Assembly (NCBI GenBank): GCA_033442325.1 | Contig: JAWQFM010000002.1 | Location: 1,559,983 to 1,623,982 of the forward strand | Direction: 5' to 3' | Origin: Salpingoeca rosetta | Taxonomy: Eukaryota > Protista > Choanoflagellata | DNA length: 64,000 bases | The notes under the pieces: model-generated | What the model was told of the DNA's origin: nothing | The model's input: only the letters and a program-made list of their open reading frames with translations | Database searches by the model: none | Translations under genes and position numbers: made by a program | In this document: one piece after another, positions 61,100 to 64,000 of the stretch | Numbering within the stretch: the first letter of the stretch is position 1 | Layout of the letters: each line of letters opens with the position of its first letter

Positions 61100-61159
<60 letters not shown>

Positions 61160-61446
61160 TCGTTGTGAGTCGTGTGCGTTGTGTTGGGGTGTGAGATAGA
61201 TGTGTTGGTGTGTGTTGTGTTGTGTGTTGTGGTGAGTTGTGTTGTGGGATGGCCGCTGAGTGGGCAAAGGGCTCGGGTGACAGGAGAGAATCGCAAGGAA
61301 GCGGACATAAACCCAAGAGCGGGAAGCACTGCAAAACTACAAACGAAAAGCATGGCAATGGTTCTGAGGCAATGCCGCATGACTGGCAACAGCAACGTGG
61401 CTGACGTTACCTCATCTGGGAGATCGAGCAGGACGCCGTCTGCCAT
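57177..61446 (-). CDS. F-box protein with an XPA-like Zn-finger/DNA-binding domain and C-terminal helical repeats, 2 exons
   Basis: Exon 61446-61411 (MADGVLLDLPDE) joins exon 60845-57177 to give the F-box LLDLPDELLEQVASYL...AAMTCRRL. It continues CSLC-x-CHDC, VLTKTASIKEFAL and FYLRHQMRQVALAHWGSEERL. Confidence 0.85.
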
Positions 61447-63466
61447 TGTGCTGGGTGGTGGTTGCTTGCTGTGGGGTTTGTGTGTTGGACTAGAAGCGGA
61501 CAGGAAGGTGTTCCTCTGGTACAGTCGGATGGGATGGCAAGGGAAATGACGCGCACACGCCGATGCGTGCAAGTTTCAAGTGTGTGTGAGTGTGAGCAAG
61601 TGTTGTGTGAGTGTGTTGAGAGAGAGTATGTGAGTGTGAGTGTGTGTTGAGAGAGAGTATGTGAGTGTGAGTGTGTGTTGAGCGTGAGCAGGTGTTGTGT
61701 GAGTGTGTTGAGAGAGAGTATGTGAGTGTGTGTGAGTGTGAGTGTGTGTTGAGTGTGAGCAGGTGTGTGTTCGATGATGGTGATGACGGAAAGTGGTGGG
61801 ATGAGAAAATGACGTGTGCAGATGCAGGTGTGGTTGCATGAGTTGGTGTCATGGATGGATGGAGAGATGCAAGAGAAGGGAGACAGGTGAGAGGAAAGGG
61901 CAAGCAGCATTGCCAACAACCCAAACAGGCGGATGCAATATGCCGCCTCGGTGACGCACCCTTGGGTATGCATTCAGAGCGAGTGCAAAACCCCAAGCAC
62001 AAGACGAAAAGGAAGAGACTCACATGTTCGCGAAAGATGTGGTAGGCGGTGGTGGCTGGCTGGTTGGTTGGTTGGTTGGTTCGATGGTGACCGGCAAGCC
62101 GGTCGTGGTGGGTGGGAACGGAGGGAGGGAAATGACGCAAACAAACGAAGAAGATCCACAAAGCACGTCAGTCGTGGAGGCCGGGCGGCTGCTGCTTCTC
62201 TTGGACGAAGGTCGAAGAAGAGGAAGATGAAGAAGGAAGAGAGAGAGAGGAGTGTGCGGATAAGATGGTTGTGCCGCAGATGATGTCAACGCGTTAGCGG
62301 AAGGAATGCAAGTTCTGCGCGAAAGCTGCAGGTGTGCGACGCGGCCGTCACCACTGCCACTTCCAAAACTTTTGGTGGTGGTGGTGGTGGTGGTGGTGGT
62401 CAAAGGGAGGTGTGGAACGTTATCGTCGCTGCTGGGAGATGGTGCTGTCGTCGCTGTTTGACGATTGCAGCGACGCAACGCCGCCACGATGATGCGATGT
62501 GTTGGAATTGGTTGGTTGGTTGGTTGATTGGTGCAAGGTTTGCGGCGGGTATGCAAGAACCGCAGGACACGATGGCCAAGGCGCGAGGTGGGTGTTGGTG
62601 ACATGTGGAATGTTGTTTCGTGTGAGTGTATGCGTGTGTATGTGGTGAGTGAAAGGTAGGTTTTGGACGTTGGGAGGGAATGTGTTTGTGAGCGGAGAGG
62701 AGGAGCGATGTCAAACATGCAGATGCAAGAAAGAAAGCTGGCTGCCGGCAGCAGAGGGAAAACCGGATGCGCAATCGCACACACACACACACACACACAT
62801 GGCGTACACACCTGTAGTGGACAACTGGTTGCAAGCAATGCGAGGGAACGAAGAGAGGCAGCAAAACTATGCACTCTGAATGGATGACATGATGTGTTCG
62901 CATGTGTATGTGGTTGGTTGTGTTGGTTGTGTTGCCGCGCAGTGTGCGTGTGTGTGGGTGAGTCAACCAACGAACATCGAAACGAAGCGATGTGTGCATG
63001 CAAAGGAGAAAGGCTTGGTTGGTGGCGTTTTGGCGTGTGTAGAATGACAGTGGGGTGGCGATGCTGCGAAAACGGTGTGTGAAACGAATGCATATGAGCA
63101 TAATGTCCCGCACATACCAGTAGTTCGGTGACGAATGGCGGCGTATGATATGCATTGATGGGCAAGGTTTCACACCACAACGAATGGTGGCGAAGGTGGC
63201 GTTGTGGCGTGGCGAAGTGGTTGGAGAATGGCAAGGTGCGATCGATCGATGAGTGCAATGATGGAGCGAGCGGTGTTCTCTTGTGTGTTCTTGTTCCTGT
63301 CCTGTTGCTTTCGTTGTATTGTTGTGTTGTTGCTTGTTGTGTGTTGTCTTGTTGTGTTGTTGTTCCTGCGTTCTTGTTGCTGTCGTCGTGTGTCGGTGCT
63401 GCTGTCAAGCCAAAGAAGCAAAAGAAGAAATCAACGACACACACACACGCACGCGTACACACGTAT

Positions 63467-63751
63467 TCAGTTGTGTTGACTTTGAGGCGTGTTCGCTGAG
63501 TGGCTTTTTTTTTTGTCTTGCGTACTGTCTGCCTGTGGTGAGAAGTGAAAGAGGAGCGTAATCGCCGCGTCATCCCGCTTGCACAAGCAAGTGTGGACTT
63601 CACGAAACGTCATGCTAACTCGCTTGCAAGGAGAAAGTGACAGCTTGTTGTCTTCTTTGACACTTGTGCGTGCCAAGTCCTTTGATGGCGACTTATCGAT
63701 GGTCTTCTTGAGAGCTTTTGTGACTTTCTTCCTGATCTTTCCAAATTTCAT
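63467..63751 (-). CDS. Possible small basic protein (sORF) directly downstream of archease
   Basis: ATG at 63751 gives MKFGKIRKKVTKALKKTIDK... The sequence is non-repetitive, with a possible in-frame 87-nt intron 63619-63533 that has a strong pyrimidine tract. Confidence 0.3.
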   Translation of the reverse strand: MKFGKIRKKVTKALKKTIDKSPSKDLARTSVKEDNKLSLSPCKRVSMTFREVHTCLCKRDDAAITLLFHFSPQADSTQDKKKSHSANTPQSQHN

Positions 63752-63779
63752 GATGCAACTTTGAACAAACACAACAATG

Positions 63780-63906
63780 TCAGATGTCGAGAATCACATA
63801 CACGTCATGCGTGGGCTGGTCGTCGTGAATTTGCATGTTCGAGTATGTGATGGCCTTGATTTCCGTCCCTTGCGGATGCTTGGCCAAATCAAACGGCTCT
63901 CCATAT
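63780..63906 (-). CDS. ZBTB8OS: Archease (RtcB cofactor), last exon; the gene continues beyond the window
   Basis: After the acceptor at 63907 the exon reads YGEPFDLAKHPQGTEIKAITYSNMQIHDDQPTHDVYVILDI*, matching the archease C-terminus (human GEEFSLSKHPQGTEVKAITYSAMQV...VFVIIDI). It is not in the supplied ORF track. Confidence 0.93.
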
Positions 63907-63910
63907 CTGA

Positions 63911-64000
<90 letters not shown>

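Noticed and set aside
62020-63603. 527-aa minus-strand ORF
   Set aside because: H/T/Q low-complexity translation of CA-rich intergenic sequence with a non-ATG start and no domain.

Overview
Eukaryotic, intron-rich, GC-rich genomic DNA full of (CA)n/(GT)n, (CAA)n and (AAAC)n microsatellites, with one 100-N assembly gap (31819-31918). The style and gene content fit a choanoflagellate such as Salpingoeca rosetta; this is inferred, not proven. Splicing exons by hand with GT-AG signals and phase continuity gives about 14 genes: a K-Cl cotransporter (SLC12/KCC), SKA1, a bacterial-type SLOG/Moco-carrier-like protein, MCM7, a THUMP m2G methyltransferase, a myristoylated classical PTP, an orphan poly-His protein, Rap1/TERF2IP, HPS3, TIPIN/Swi3, a secreted beta-lactamase-family serine hydrolase, TBC1D31, an F-box protein with an XPA-like domain, and the last exon of archease, plus one small unexplained ORF. 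Most supplied ORFs are microsatellite or antisense artefacts. The best leads are: (1) introns with GT repeats near the donor and complementary CA repeats near the acceptor, often with no pyrimidine tract, suggesting RNA-structure-guided splicing; (2) E2F and CDE/CHR-like sites in the short bidirectional promoters of SKA1, MCM7 and TIPIN, and an X-box-like site before TBC1D31; (3) a complete BRCT-Myb-RCT Rap1; (4) an F-box/XPA-like/repeat fusion; (5) a bacterial-like SLOG domain inside disordered arms. All homology calls come from motif recognition without database searches.
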